NCBI GenBank assembly: GCA_951406725.2
Contig: OX597832.1
Coordinates: 10,602,001-10,666,000 of the forward strand
Source: Octopus vulgaris
Taxonomy: Eukaryota
DNA: 64,000 bases
Reading direction: 5' to 3'
Of this stretch, positions 49,908-64,000 are shown in pieces. The notes below the pieces were generated by a model. It was not told where the DNA came from and did no database searches. It worked only from the letters and a program-made list of their open reading frames with translations. A program made the position numbers and the translations under genes. Position 1 is the first letter of the stretch; each line of letters opens with the position of its first letter.

Positions 49908-52900
49908 ATGCTGTTTTCATAATACCTCTACATGTTCATCTTCCGATACGTCCGTGCGTGTATATTTCGACTGAACATTGTGAAAAATACATCCAGTAGC
50001 TGGATTACCGAGAACAACCCTTTGAATTTCAAAAAATAGAAAAAAGAATTCTTATGCTGGCCCGAAGATGAAGAGCCGTTTAATTCTTTACCTAGACATT
50101 ATAAATTCAAAGAACAATGCATTAATCTTTTCTGGTGTAAGTATCCCAAAACTCTGTTGTTCACAAAATGTTACACAAAATAAATAAAACCACTCACTTA
50201 CCCCAGCAAATGTGTGGGATTGTGCCAAATATTTTGAAACCTTTATTATAAACATATGTAAGTTACACTGACACGCAAACCACACATTCATACAAACTCA
50301 CACATTCACACGAAACCACACACACATAGGTTTTAATGCATACACACAGAATTGCATACTACACGTTGTATACACTACATTAAACATGTGAGATTTGACT
50401 TTGTACAAACATAAAAATAAATACCATTACCAACTTATTATAATTCAAGTATCTCGTCTTAAAGCAGTCTAGACCAGAAGCATCAATTATCCAGTTAAAT
50501 ATCCCTTTCCATTCTTATGTCACTTATTTCATTTCATTTCCTCTCTCGCCTCTTTTAGGTTCTTCGCCTCCCATCCCGTTTTATCTGCATATATACGTCT
50601 CTCTCTTTCTCTCTCTTTCTCTCTCTCTCTTTCTCTCTCTCTCTCTTTCTTTCTCTCTCTTTGTCTCTCTCTTCCTTTGTGTGTGTGTAATTTCTGTCTG
50701 TTTTGTTACCTTTTTACACTGTTGCTCTTTACATCTTAAATAATTCAATTAAATAGATTCTGCAATTCGTTTCTTAGTTATAGCAGAAGAAAAAAAATTG
50801 CGTTGTATTACCAGCAGCCCCATCCAAACGATGATGACAACAGGCGCCCGTATCTTCTTTCCACACGCAGAGATCCACCACGCCCAGATAATAACTTAGA
50901 CACAAAATTAAACATCTCAGCAAAGCAAAGAGATGCTTAATAAAACATTCTAATTTCTAATACAAAGAAAATACTGGAACATCAACCGACCTCCCAGTAA
51001 TAGTGTTATTTGAAGGGGAAAAATTTAACATGCTAAATAATATTTTATTATTCAAATGAAGAAAAAAAGTACATGAGATAAAATATATGTTGGCATAATA
51101 TAAAGCACTGGATGATGCTATAAATATCTTGTATCACACGTGGATAAACACACACGGACATTCTTAAAGACATACTGCCAGAAACATATACAACCCATAC
51201 ACACCTATATTGCAAGCATAATTTTCAAGCAAAAATAGTCAAATGTTTGTGTCAAAAGTAATCTAATAAACAGTACAAAGACTCAAATGAAATATATATT
51301 TTCATGTAAAACAAATACCAGTGAGATAATATGAACCACAACGTGAAAGTTTCCGAAAGGTAAAATAAAGAAATCAATAATTGTGTTAGTAAACGAATAA
51401 CCAACAAGAATTGTTTCATATCTGATAATCGTGGGAGACACATTTACTGATTTTGCGATAGTCGCGGTTTTGTGTATCATTTATAGTATAAACATATTTC
51501 AAAGTTTACGTGAATGAATTACGTGAATATATTCAAAGTTTGATTTTATAGTATTTTTGATAATTACGTGTGACTAATTATATTTTTTAATATATGATGA
51601 TGTATCCGAAAACGAATGTTTGAATACAGGTTTATATAAAAAGCTATTTGTTATAGAAAGACAAGTATTTCTTTATGCATCAATGCTTACATCGTTAAGG
51701 ACATGTACTGAGACCTTGCTCGTTTTCTACACTGAATGTAATGAAGTGTGTTTTAATATTTTGTTTCACTTAATTTTATAGAAGAAAATTTGATCTTTCC
51801 TACCAACTATATTCTAGGACTTGACTTATACCTTGCGAAATGCATAGCAGAAAATAGTGATTAGCATAAATATATTTTGAATACTTCAATGAGATGGAAA
51901 AGATCCAAATAAAAAATAAAGCACGTTTCTAATATAAGAACAATGATCCAAATTGAAGAGTAAGTGTTAATATATTATATCTTACTCATTATTTGCCTGG
52001 CTCTTTATCAACATCATAAAAGATAAAAAGCAAAACTGATCTCGCCCAGTTTTTTACTCGGAACATAACACCGCGTTGTATGTTGTTCGACGCTCTAAGG
52101 ATTGTGCTAACCCATGCCCCCCACCAAAAAAAAAAATTGTTTCTGATATTGAAATCAGGACACCAGGTTCAATGTCTCTGCAATTATATGCAACCTGGTC
52201 ATTCAGATGTACTTTATTTCATCGACAGAAATGTATGAACAGCAAAGAGATTCGAAATCAGAAGTTAAAAATTCTGACCACTTAAAGCATTTCACTTTAT
52301 CCGACCCTGTAGCGATTCAGCAAATCGACAGATGATTGGGAGTTAAATTTGACAACTCATTCGATAAATTAATGTACTTGTCAAATACTGATTACTATAA
52401 AATCGACTCAAAAAATTGTTTTCATTGTACCTAAATCTGAAGCAATTATATTAAGGCCATCAACAGTAATAACAACAAAAAGAATAAATCGAAATACCGA
52501 TTCTATTTCATAATACTGTCGCAGTCAAGTTACTGTGGTTAAGTACTTGACATCAAACTCTCAGGACACAAAATGCAAATTCGTACCGAGTCAATACTGG
52601 GAAGTGAATTTTGGGCACAGAAATGGTATTGATGTCTGCCAGGTGAATGTTACTTCGTATCTGGTCATAGGATTAATCCATCATTCGATTAAACACGAAT
52701 CGCCTTTAGAAGATTTCATACTGTTGAACGCATTCGAACTGTACGTCTCATGTGAGAAAAATAAATTATATAACCCTTTCTCCTTCCAAGACATGGGAGT
52801 CTTCTTAAAAATATTATTGGTCTTGTCCTTCCTTATCTGATCAATCTGTAGATAAAAGCTTTTCGTTAAGAGAGGAAAAGAAATTCGAAAAACAAAAACA

Positions 52901-54785
52901 TTAGTTTTATTTCAAGTATTTTTTTATTAAATCATACTAGAGTTTTTTTTGTATTTACACATTTTAAACACTTACCACACACGGTTTATATAGAATCGAT
53001 GATAATTTCAAGACTAAAATCCAACGATTCTTAAAATGTATTATATTTGATCATATGGTTACTCTTTGCATTAAAACAACTTCCCTTGAAGCGTAGGAAA
53101 TACATGTACACTTATGTCATACAAGCACGTGATCGAAGCAAATAACGAATTCAAGATAAAGTAGATAAAATCCATAGAAGAAGACAAAAATCATTTGGTA
53201 ATTTAAGAAGAATAGGGCTGCTAGGCAAAGAGCGGATGCCATGGCTTTATTTTTGAGTTAACCGATTATATTGATTAGTTTTGCTGGGTGAAATAAACTT
53301 TTAGTTAGAAGCTATTGATCCATTGACTTGATACGAGTAAATTACTACATGGTTTATTATATTATCTCATCTGACATAAAAGGGTAAGTCAACCCATTTG
53401 GGATTTGATGAAAAAATCGTTAGGTAGCAAATTAGATACAGCAAAGCAAAATACTGCTGTCTATATTATTTTCCAATCCAAGAACTGTAATCGATTTTAT
53501 ATATATATTATCCAATGAGACAACCCAGTCCTCAAAGCTACAATGGAGAACTAGTAACGTATAAAGGATGGAAAGTCGATTTTAAAGATTTGAATACCAA
53601 TGGCGCAAACGAGGGAGAGACAGAGGTGGAAGACAGAGAAGGGAAGGGAGAGAAAGAGAGATACTGAAAGGCGTTTTGTTCACTGATTTACTATTCAGAG
53701 CTATTTAAATCTGATCTCTGATTCAACATAAAATTTTTCCACGAAACAATTGAATTAATTAATTATAGCTTCACTGTTTAGGTTCGAAATATTATTCTGC
53801 TGTTGTAGAAGACATCTTGTTTCATGGCAACAAATTATGAGCAGTTTCTTTCAATTACTTCATAGAACTGTAGCTGTTATTGTGTAGTTCACGGATTAAA
53901 CTTACTTATGATCAGCATTCCTTCTATAGTAACCGATTTTTAGTGTAGGTAATGTGAAGATATCTTTACTTGTAAAGAATAGTAATCAACGATTCGAACA
54001 TATGATACTTTTTCAAGAAAGAGAAGAGAAAGAATTTGAACTATCTTGTGCTATATTATAAAGTATTTGAAATACCCTGTGCTATTATATGTGTTTTAAA
54101 TAAAGCTGAGGAAGAAAATGTTAACTTTTCGGATACAGCACTTTGCCAGGTGAAATTTAAAAATATCTGCTGTTATATTCGTAATTTCCGCAACATAGGC
54201 AAAACTTAATAGATTTCATGTAACGTATTATGTTAAATAAATAACGGTTTTTATATTATGTTTTTACAATAAACCCTGATGTGTTCTCGACACTATTTCT
54301 ACGGACCTACGGCTACATGTTGTATTTAACAGGAGCCCATTTTGTTACATATATTTTATAAGAATGAAGCATCCGAAAAAATACTTAGTTGAAAATATAT
54401 TTTCTTAACAAGCCTAAGACAAAAGAAATAAAATCGTATGTTATTTTGAGTTGAACAAAGATCTGTAGCCTTAAATTTGCCTTAATATATTATGCACTTC
54501 TGAAATCTTGAACGTTCAACTCAATATGGGAAACAATCTTCATTGTTCAAACTTTTAACCTGAAATGATTTTCTGCTTCCTCCGAGATAGTTTTTTGTAG
54601 GAGACTATATTTATCCTAATATGGTAGTAAGAGATGTGGGAGTAAATTAGGCAGTTCTAACAGGTAAATAAATCGAAGGGAAGACAACATCGTTATATAA
54701 ATCGTTGTGTATTTTCAACAAATTGGCAAATTTGTTTTCAATGCTGATAACATTACAGATACGCTGGCAACATTAGTATCAATAT

Positions 54786-55230
54786 TAAGGGGGCGGCTCG
54801 GCAGAGTTGATAGCACACCGGGTGAAATCCTTAGTGGTATTTCGCCCGTTCTTATGTTCTGAGTTCAAAATCCGCCGAGGACCATTTTGCTTTTCATTAT
54901 TTGGAGGTCGATAAAATAAGTACCAGAAAACTGGGGTTGATGTAATCGACTCAAACTTCCCCCGAAATTGCGGGCCACGTGCCAAAATTTGAAATCAATA
55001 TTAGTAGCAATATTGTTGAGCTGGCGGAATCGTTAGCACGCTTGACAAAATGCATAATGGCATTTCGTCTGTCTTTAAAAATCTGAGTTCAATTTCCATC
55101 GAGCTTGGTTTTACCTTTAATACTTTCGGGGTAGATGAAGTATCGACTACTTAAGTATTCAGGTCGATCTAATCGAATCCGCACCCCACGAAATAATTTA
55201 GAGCGTTGTGTCTATTGTAGAAAAAGAAAT
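54786..55230 (+). mobile_element. Two adjacent SINE family B copies (about 54786..54995 and 55015..55230)
   Basis: CTGAGTTCAA, GGTCGATAAAATAAGTACCAG, AATCGA motifs in family order, twice. Confidence 0.8.
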
Positions 55231-56095
55231 TTTATTGCTAGCAAATCCAGCAAGAGTGGTATTGATCTCTTTCCGTCTCGTCTGCATTTCATGTATGTTT
55301 GGCTGTATGTGTATTAGTGTGTGTGTGAGTGCGCATGAGTATGTATAGGTAGATGTTTCTGTTTTGTGTTAAAAGTCTCATGAAACATCGCAGAGCCATT
55401 TAAAAATGTTGTTTACTTAGATTACAAAATCACATTTCTCAGCCAAGACAAATATTAATTTAGAATCTGTTTTACTCCTCCTGGTCTATTTTCATACATA
55501 GCAATGACATCTAGTGCTACTAGTGTTTAATCAACAGGGAAGTGTTCTTTCAGGAGAATAGTTTACCTTGAGATAATCAGCTGTAGAAGCTTCGTTTTTC
55601 ATTTATTCTTTGTCGTTTATTTATTCTTTATTCTGGTGTCACAGCAAACTTTCAAATAATGTGGACTGTCTTATTAGAAAATTCATTCTAGCCTCGCCTG
55701 CATACCCTACCAATCAGAACTTAGTTTGTATATAGACTATGCAAATGCTAACCTTTTGTTTCTATTTAAAGACAACTTTTACGAGACAATTTTCTTCTCT
55801 CTGTATCATAATGTATTCACTTTGTCTTTCCTTCTTTGTCTACCTTTGTCTTTATATCTCGCTATCTGCCAGTCTCATAGGACAGCTGTTAAAATGCTGT
55901 AACTTTGTTTAGTCGAGGCACCGCAATTCTCTTAATATTGATTAAATGAATGATAGAAATCACTTAGCATCCACTAAGTCCAATAGTCACGTCCCATTCC
56001 CATTACACAGACACGTGCAAGCATACATACAACCACAGGCACACACAAACACACATATGTATATGTATGCATGCAACTATAACACACACACACAC

Positions 56096-56133
<38 letters not shown>

Positions 56134-56521
56134 GTATAGATATACGTATCTGTATGTTACCAATGCCAAAATAAATAACATTAACAACGGTTAGATACAA
56201 GAATCTATTGAGAATTCAGCATTTTAGAGAGGAAATACGAAGGGAAAGGATCCACAGTATACTTAAGATGTAAAACCTCTACGAAGCTTGCATTAAACTG
56301 TGCGTTGGAGTTGTCTGTGAAGACATTTCAGTTGATAAAGTCACTGTGGCAAGGCAATGTGTTGTTTCGTCTCATGCATGAGCCAGTCTCTGCATACATT
56401 CATATTTTTCGAGGCACTTCCAGTAAATATCTGAAATATTTTGTTTTGAATATGTTCTACTTTCATTGAACTAAGTCGCATTTTGCTATTTTTCTCTCTC
56501 TCCCTCCCTCTCTCTCTCCCT

Positions 56522-56596
<75 letters not shown>

Positions 56597-56743
56597 AATA
56601 TAATTTTTTTCCGTCCATCAGTTTTATCAACATGTTATTCCTTATATTATTTGCTACACTTCTTGTTGCTGCTCACCTTCATCCAGAAATCAACATAATC
56701 GAGTAAGCGTATCACTATTTCCATCTCTTTATATTTTAATTTG

Positions 56744-57042
56744 TGGAGGGCACTTGCCTAGTGGTTAGAGCACCGGACTCGCGGTCGAGGGATCGTGGTT
56801 TCGAATCTCAAACCGGGCGATGTGTGTATTTATAAGCGAAAAACTTAAGCTCTACGCGGCTCCGACAGGAGGTATGGTGAACTTCTGCTGAATCGTTTGC
56901 CACAACTTTCTCTCACTCTTTCCCTCTGCATCTTGCAGCTCACCTGCGACGGACCTGCGTCCTGTCCAGGTGGGGAACCTATACACAAAGGAAACCGGGA
57001 AACCAGCGCTTCTGAGCGTGACTCCAGAAGGGTTAAACAACA
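56744..57042 (+). mobile_element. SINE family D variant with 13-bp TSD
   Basis: Same head; CCTGCGACGGACCTGCGTCCTGTCCAGG V-domain-like; AAACAAC tail; TSD ATATTTTAATTTG at 56731..56743 and 57043..57055. Confidence 0.9.
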
Positions 57043-57519
57043 ATATTTTAATTTGATACTTTATTTCGAGCATACAGTGCCCTGATACAATCTTAAAATA
57101 TATTATCTTTTATGACAGTAGGCTGCCGGTTTGGAAGGGGCGCAGTCTATTTCCGGAAAATTGAGTATCACGTAGATTCCGCAGCAAGTGATGTAAAGTA
57201 TGTTTTATCTCCTGATAGCTGTTTGAAACACGTTAGACGGCATACTAATGGATTTGCTCAAGATAGAATTCTAGGCATATCTTCCCTACCAAGTTTAAAA
57301 AATGGAATCTAGTTCCATAATTTTGAAACTGAAATTACAAGAATTTGCTATATAACAAAAATTAATGTTTTATACGAAACATAAGCATTATATAATTCTT
57401 TTTTATATGTTTATCTGCGTCATAATCAGAGTGGAGTACACGGTTAACTTTCTTGTCATCATAATAGATTTTACAGACATCATTCCTGACCTCACAATTC
57501 TTTAAAGGCTTTTATCGAA

Positions 57520-57850
57520 TATATCTACTTTAACTTGTTTCATTCAAATCCTTATTGAAACACCGCCCTGAATGGTTTACTTGATAAAATCGATTCCAGG
57601 ACTTCGTTTAAGATAGGGCATTTATTAAACTCACTCATTTTACCAAAATGTTAAGTTACGCAGGAGTAAAAAAGACAACTCGGATTATGAAACGATATTT
57701 GCGTCAAACGAAATACACACATACTCGAGCACACACACACACACATTCTTTTTCAGGCCAACAATTTCACTCAAGGCATGGTTTTGCCGGAACTATTATA
57801 GAAGACTAGAGTCCGAGGTAGCACGCAATGAAACTGATCGTAAAATTTCT
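57520..57850 (-). mobile_element. Highly diverged SINE family C copy
   Basis: ACTTGTTTCA, CACCGCC, CCAGGACTT, TAAGTTACG and a (CA)n tract in reverse family order. Confidence 0.45.
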
Positions 57851-58523
57851 TAACTTTCATGCATTAGTGTTTATCATATTGTTGTTGCATTTTTCAAAAA
57901 ATTCTTTGTTGTTACCACTGCTAAATCGTAAATCTACCATAAAAAATGACCAAACTGAATTCCAATCGAGACTCTTCCGTATCTTTATTAGAATCTCTAT
58001 TAACTAAAGTATTCCTCACTTCTTTACTGTAAATCATAATTCATAAGTTATTTAGCCATTGGTTTTAGAACATCAAATAACAAAATTAGACTTCAATCGT
58101 TAAGTTATCCCTTGTATCCTTTATTTTGTGAATCCTTGGTCTTTACATCCTTTGTGTCACAGTTTTATGTAACCAAGCTAAAATCAATCATTCTGTTCTT
58201 AATGTACTGAAACACGTTTGATAAATTACTGTGTTGGTTATTACTTCACCTCATTCGGGACATCAGTAAAGTGAAAGCGAAGGGGCGGTATTTATCTCCA
58301 TCTTCGATTTTCAGTTTATTATTTTCTTCCGCTTTTTTTTTCCACTTTGAATTTCGCCTTTCATGTATCTATGTTACTGTTAATTTTGTGCAATTTTCCT
58401 CGGCGTAGTTACATCCTAGTAAACTATCTTATTGATTACACTCATTAACGCACAAATACAAAGAAGCGCACACAGATATATGTGTGTGGAAATGTGTGTT
58501 TGTATGTGCCTGTGTGTGTATGT

Positions 58524-58697
58524 GTGTATGTGTTTATTTATGTGTCTGTACTCGCACGGGGAAAGGTAAACACATTGTAAGCCGTACGTTTCGTTTATAA
58601 TATCCTTGTCGTGTATGTGTTTATTTATGTGTCTGTACTCGCACGGTGAAAGGTAAACACATTGTAAGCCGTACGTTTCGTTTATAATATCCTTGTC
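58524..58697. repeat. 87-bp tandem duplication (2 copies)
   Basis: GTGTATGTGTTTATTTATG...TATCCTTGTC at 58524 and 58611, one visible mismatch. Confidence 0.93.
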
Positions 58698-59035
58698 AAT
58701 CTATAGTTAATACAATTTTAAAAGTACCTTAAATCTGAACGTCTACCATCTGACACAGTTTAACTGACAAGCCTATGTACTACCTTATAAATTTTAATTG
58801 ATTTATTGCATTCACCCGCCATTCAGTATCTGAAGATAAAAGTATGGACTTAAAAACGATGATTTTGAAATCTATCATGAAAATAGATTGACAAGTTCAT
58901 TATAAATGGGAATGATGTTTAGTTTAATGTCCATAACTAGTTGTCATGAGTTCTCTTATATTTGATATATGTAATTTGAATGATATATATGTGTGTGCGT
59001 GTATGAATATATATATATATATATGGCTAATAAAG

Positions 59036-59115
<80 letters not shown>

Positions 59116-59116
59116 T

Positions 59117-59345
59117 CAGGAGTCACATTTAAATAGTCAGAATATGGAGAACAAATTGAACCACTTTGGTACTTGGACACTGCAGAAGCGGACTTCGCAG
59201 CTTCGAAGCGGACTTGCGTTCACTATGTGTGATTGAAAATGTAATTTGGTGCTACATCCAGTATGGCTGCATCGACTAACAGTAGAAGCGGAAACGGCCG
59301 TAGGAAATGCTATGTCATGCTTTGTATTACAAAATAACCAACTTT
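59117..59345 (+). mobile_element. Possible deleted mariner-like remnant
   Basis: ATG at 59144 gives MENKLNHF, resembling mariner transposase starts; sits next to (TA)n; TIRs not confirmed. Confidence 0.3.
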
Positions 59346-59444
59346 TGTAGTTCACTTTGTTAATCAAAATCTTCCACATTTTCTGTTTATTTATATGTAT
59401 ATATATATATTTGAGTGTGTGTGTATATGCCTGTATATATATGT

Positions 59445-59593
59445 GTAGTGGTATGTAGCTTGTCTACCAACCACATGGTTCCAGGTTCAGTCCCACTGCG
59501 TGGCACCTTGAGCAATGTGAATTCTACCATAGCCTCGGGCCGACCAAAGCCTTGTGAGTGGATTTGTTAGACGGAAACTGAAAGAAGCCCGTC

Positions 59594-59637
<44 letters not shown>

Positions 59638-60250
59638 GTGTGTTTGTGTATCTGTGTTTGTCCCCTAGCATTGCTTGACAACCGATGCTGGTGTGTTTGT
59701 CCCCGTTACTTAGCGGTTCGGCAAAAGAGAGCGATAGAATAAGTACTGGGCTTACAAAAGAATAAGACCCGGGGTCGAGTTGCTCGATTAAAGGCGGTGC
59801 TCCAGCATGGCCGCAGTAAAATGACTGAAACGAGTAAAAGAGTATATATATAGGCGTAGGAGTGGCCGTGTGGTAAGTAGCTTGCTTACCAACCACATGG
59901 TTCCGGGTTCGTTCCCACTGCGTGGCACCTTAGGCTCTATAGCCTCGTGCCAACTAAAGCCTTTTAAGTGGATTTGGTAGACGGAAACCGAAAGAAGCGC
60001 GTCGTATATATACATATGTTTATATATGTACGTGTGTGTATATGTTTGTATGTCTGTGTTTGTCCCCCCTCCAACATTGCTTCACAACCGATGTTGGTGT
60101 GTTTACGTCCCATTAACTTAGCGGATCGGCCAAAGAAACTGATAGAATAAGTTCTAGGCTTACAAAAAATAATTCCTGGGGACGATTTGCTCGACTAAAG
60201 GCTGTGCTCCAGCATGGCCACAGTCAAATTACTGAAAAAAGTAAAAGAGT
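59445..60250 (+). mobile_element. Two tandem SINE family C copies (about 59445..59843 and 59852..60250)
   Basis: Both colinear with the 34829 copy; separated only by a short TA run. Confidence 0.9.
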
Positions 60251-60497
60251 ATAAAATTGTTTCTAAAGTTAAAAGATTAAGGAATAAGAAAGCATGCGTT
60301 AAACGCAGCATCGAAACCTTGTTTCAGGGTAAGCCGTGTGTCCGCCGAACACGTTCACCACTTATTGTTACAAGGCATTATCAGCGATACTTTGCAGTCA
60401 CCGTTGGCTCAACTTATAGTAATTCCAGGGAGCATATAGGGTATACATAGGAAAGGTTAACAGAGAAGAACAATTTCTTACGACAACGAACATATCA

Positions 60498-60575
60498 TCT
60501 TCATAATGCATTGCTCCGTAGTGGGCGTGCAGGTGTGCCGTTCCTCGCCCACTACGGAGCAGTGCATCATGAAGA
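60498..60575. repeat. GC-rich inverted repeat: 30-bp arms (28/30 match), 18-nt loop
   Basis: TCTTCATAATGCATTGCTCCGTAGTGGGCG (60498..60527) versus CGCCCACTACGGAGCAGTGCATCATGAAGA (60546..60575). Confidence 0.9.
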
Positions 60576-60726
60576 CGAAACAATTGTCGTGATAATACAT
60601 TGCCTTTTGGTACACTCTGTCTACTCTATCAATCTTTAATATATGTGTGTGCTTGTGTGTGAATATATGTGTGTGAATATATGGCACTGATAAATGTATG
60701 TGTAGGCATATATGTCTGTGTATATG

Positions 60727-60884
<158 letters not shown>

Positions 60885-60904
60885 TAAATATAGTTAGATA
60901 TCCC

Positions 60905-61110
60905 TTAATACTTAGCTCTCCTGCGTGACCCTTCTGTCTGGCATTCGCCATGATAGATCGGTAGCCACTACACATTTTTTTTCTCCTTGTTTCTTTCTTT
61001 GTTCGTTTCTGTGGAAGGACGTAGGCTCGAAACGTTAAAGACTATTTCAATTCCCAAGAACTATACTAATACATCTCTTTGTTTTCTACACCACTTGTCT
61101 TCGTCTTTTG
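60905..61110 (+). mobile_element. Probable Penelope-like terminal-repeat remnant with a degenerate hammerhead (about 61005..61042)
   Basis: TTT-CTGTGGA-AGGAC-GTAG-GCTC-GAAACGTT-AAAG: core-like heptamer, damaged stem II, the same GAAACGTT as the 32.8-kb ribozyme, and a TTT/AAA stem I. Lies between (TA)n tracts. Boundaries approximate. Confidence 0.45.
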
Positions 61111-61132
61111 TTCTTTTGTGAATTCTCCCCAC

Positions 61133-61163
<31 letters not shown>

Positions 61164-64000
61164 GATAGATAGATAGATACATACATACATATCATGTAAA
61201 GTGTTGATTTCTATTTTACTTCGTATTAATCAGTTAATTTGGGTGTTTTCTATATATCGTTGAGAAAATATACGGTTACTTTGCAATTGATCTGTTATGG
61301 TATTCATTACAGACTTCAGTCTATGTATATTATAATTTCTATTGCAATTTCTAGTTTCCTTTCTATCGAAAACCCTGAATTCAATTTATTTCGAACTTTT
61401 TTTACATACGCTTAATGTATTTTATTAGGTATGCACTTCTCCTTTTTGATTTTCAGCAATATTATATATAATAGATTTTTCCACGTTCTTATATTTTTAA
61501 AGCGAGTTTCTTCTATCCTAATTAATTATAACTGTGATGCTATTCTAATACTTAGACTCAGCGTCTAAACTTAAATTAATATTTTGAACTTAATTTAATT
61601 TGCCTCTTAGATTAGTGTTGGCACTTATGTCTAATCCCATAATCACTTGGCTTTCATTACAGAATACATTTAGAGATTTTAGTAGGTTCACTGTCTGAAT
61701 TCTGTTTCTCCCAGTTACTGAGCTTTCAACTTGTGAATGGCATTTATAACGATTAGACTTTAGCAAAATCTGTTATTGGAGTGAGAGAGAGAGAGGGCGG
61801 AGAGAGAGAATAGCAAATCTAGAATCCATAGAAACGTGTGATAATTTTCATCTGCAAATAGATTTGTTAGAAAGATTATTAGAGATGGATCCATGAGTGA
61901 AGAGTAAGCATTTATCTGAGGTCTCTGCACGTTGCATTTTCTGGGAATGTGAAAATATATAATAATCTTGTTGCTCATTCAGTTTAAATTATAACCGTTT
62001 CGACCTGCCAGGAACCAAACTTGAGCGAGATGCTGGCACGAATGATGGAAATACATCAAGCATAATTCGTTCACAATTCCTGCTTTACCAGTCTGTGAGT
62101 TCAGTTCAAAATGCTGATATAACCAGCGATACCGATTCAGTTAGTAATGAATATGCGTTAAGCAACATCTCTCGAACCGTGAACATTTTTGTTACATGCA
62201 AAAATATATTTTGGTGTGCGTTTGTTGAATATCTTTAATCTCCTTTATTCACAATATTACTATTGTTTCCTGTGAATAAAACCGCTAATCATGCTATTTC
62301 TCTTTATATATCTAATTGCGATTAAGGCAAAGAAGCCAGACAATTCCATTAGCAATTTAGTTACAGCCGTCACTTAAGAATTAAGTTTTATTACGAATCT
62401 TTAGCGATTCTAATCGAAAAGTTTGGTATTCTCCCTCGATAAAAGATCATTTCAATCCCCGACTCATCATTGTCTTTATTTATCTCTTGGGAATTCTTTA
62501 TCTGTTTTCACTTTTCTCAATTTTGCAAATAAAACCGATGTATACGGTAATTTTGTTAGCATTTAGCGTGATACTTCGTAATATCGTATTACAATTCCCG
62601 TTTAGTTTTACAATATAACATATTATCAATTATATTTCACAGTTGTTTGTTAAGTGTCGATCAGATTTATGAGTGGAAGTGTGAGAAGCTTGCAAGCGTT
62701 AAATCCACATGTTTTCCATGCCAAAATACACAAAAAAAAATAATAATTACACATAAATAATTATTGTTTGGTGACAAATTTCTTGTTGCACCAACTACAT
62801 CCTGGTTGCTGACGTTCTTCTATTCAAATTTTTGCCCAGTTATAAAAAAATATATATTAATTCCTCGGGATTCTGTCATATAAATTTGTATTATCACTTG
62901 AGATAGGTTAGGAGACGTTTAATATTGCAGAAGAGATCTATCTACCAATATATCCATTAAACATATGTGTGACGACGTTATTTTACATGTTGGCAATACT
63001 CTCCTTGCCTGGCTTTTTATTTCCCTCTACAATTAACCGAAGGAACCTACATTGGAAACAACAACAGTATTTCAACTTACTTGTTTTACCATGTAGGCTA
63101 TGAGAGTTATTATATCCTTTCTGTATTCATTTAAAGTTTCACTAAGAACGTGAAGTGTTTTTAATATATTTTCAAAATGTAACTTTTATTAATTTTTGTC
63201 GTACTACATTCTGCATTCAATTTATAAGTCAGTTTCAGTTCAAGGCTTTGGGTTTTTTTCTTCAGATGATAAGGCAATTATATTTAATCGTTTTCTCCTC
63301 CATAAGGTCATTTTAGTGCATATTTCAAGAGATTATCTCTCAAATGAATCCTTTCGTTTTGCGGAATAATACTTCTTACTATTTAACTTCTGAATAAATA
63401 AATATAGAGTTTATCGTTCTCATATGGAAACGATGGTTCCTTTTTATGCCATAGCACTTGATTTTATCATTCAGTAACTTTCGAAGGAGTGTTGAATGTC
63501 TAATCACCAAATGAAGGTGTTCTCTTAATTGGAATTAGTAACTAAAGCACTTTTTCATTTACCTATATTATTTGGATCGGCATATATCTATTTTCTCTAG
63601 GCTGCCTTGGAATATTTTACAATTACTACAACTCCTTGTGGATAACTTTGTCTCGTTTTCTATTCTTATGTGTGACTAAATAATTGATCAGAACAAAATA
63701 TTTCTCCTTAAAGTAATATGTCACATATATTCCTATATATCTATATTAATGTTTTTAAACCATCAAAAAAGCATTTAAAATGTACTGCAATTTCAATACA
63801 CATAGCACGAGAATTCTGAATGATTTTTTTTTTTCTTAAAACAACAAAGATATTCCAAAAAATTGTTTAAACGGTTGTTTTGAAAGCCTTTGGAATTTCA
63901 TTGATAGTATTATGTGTGTGTCGTTTATGCCTTGTATGTTAAGGCTTCGAAAATTAGGGGTAGACGTGACAAAATGCATTTATTTGGACTATTATTTGTT

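Overview
AT-rich, microsatellite-dense animal genomic DNA; the repeat landscape looks like an octopus (coleoid cephalopod) genome (inference, not checked by search). Only one convincing protein-coding segment is present: the first coding exon of a neuroligin-type (cholinesterase-fold) gene (+, 18749..19259), ending at a canonical CAAG|GTAAGT donor. No downstream exon is recognisable in the remaining ~44.7 kb, so that stretch is probably one giant intron. Almost all other listed ORFs are translations of simple repeats or SINEs. The window holds at least four modular tRNA-derived SINE families (here called A-D), two non-autonomous Helitron-like elements, mariner remnants, minisatellites and local tandem duplications. 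The most striking object is at 32422..32884: two head-to-head copies of an element with a tRNA-like Pol III head and a Penelope-type minimal type I hammerhead ribozyme, i.e. a candidate ribozyme-bearing, Penelope-mobilised SINE, with its intact ribozyme on the sense strand of the neuroligin intron. Also notable: SINE family B repeatedly joins its 3' end to the same internal nucleotide of itself (two dimers and one nested insertion with a 27-bp TSD), and a 93-bp minisatellite is built from pieces of two neighbouring SINEs.
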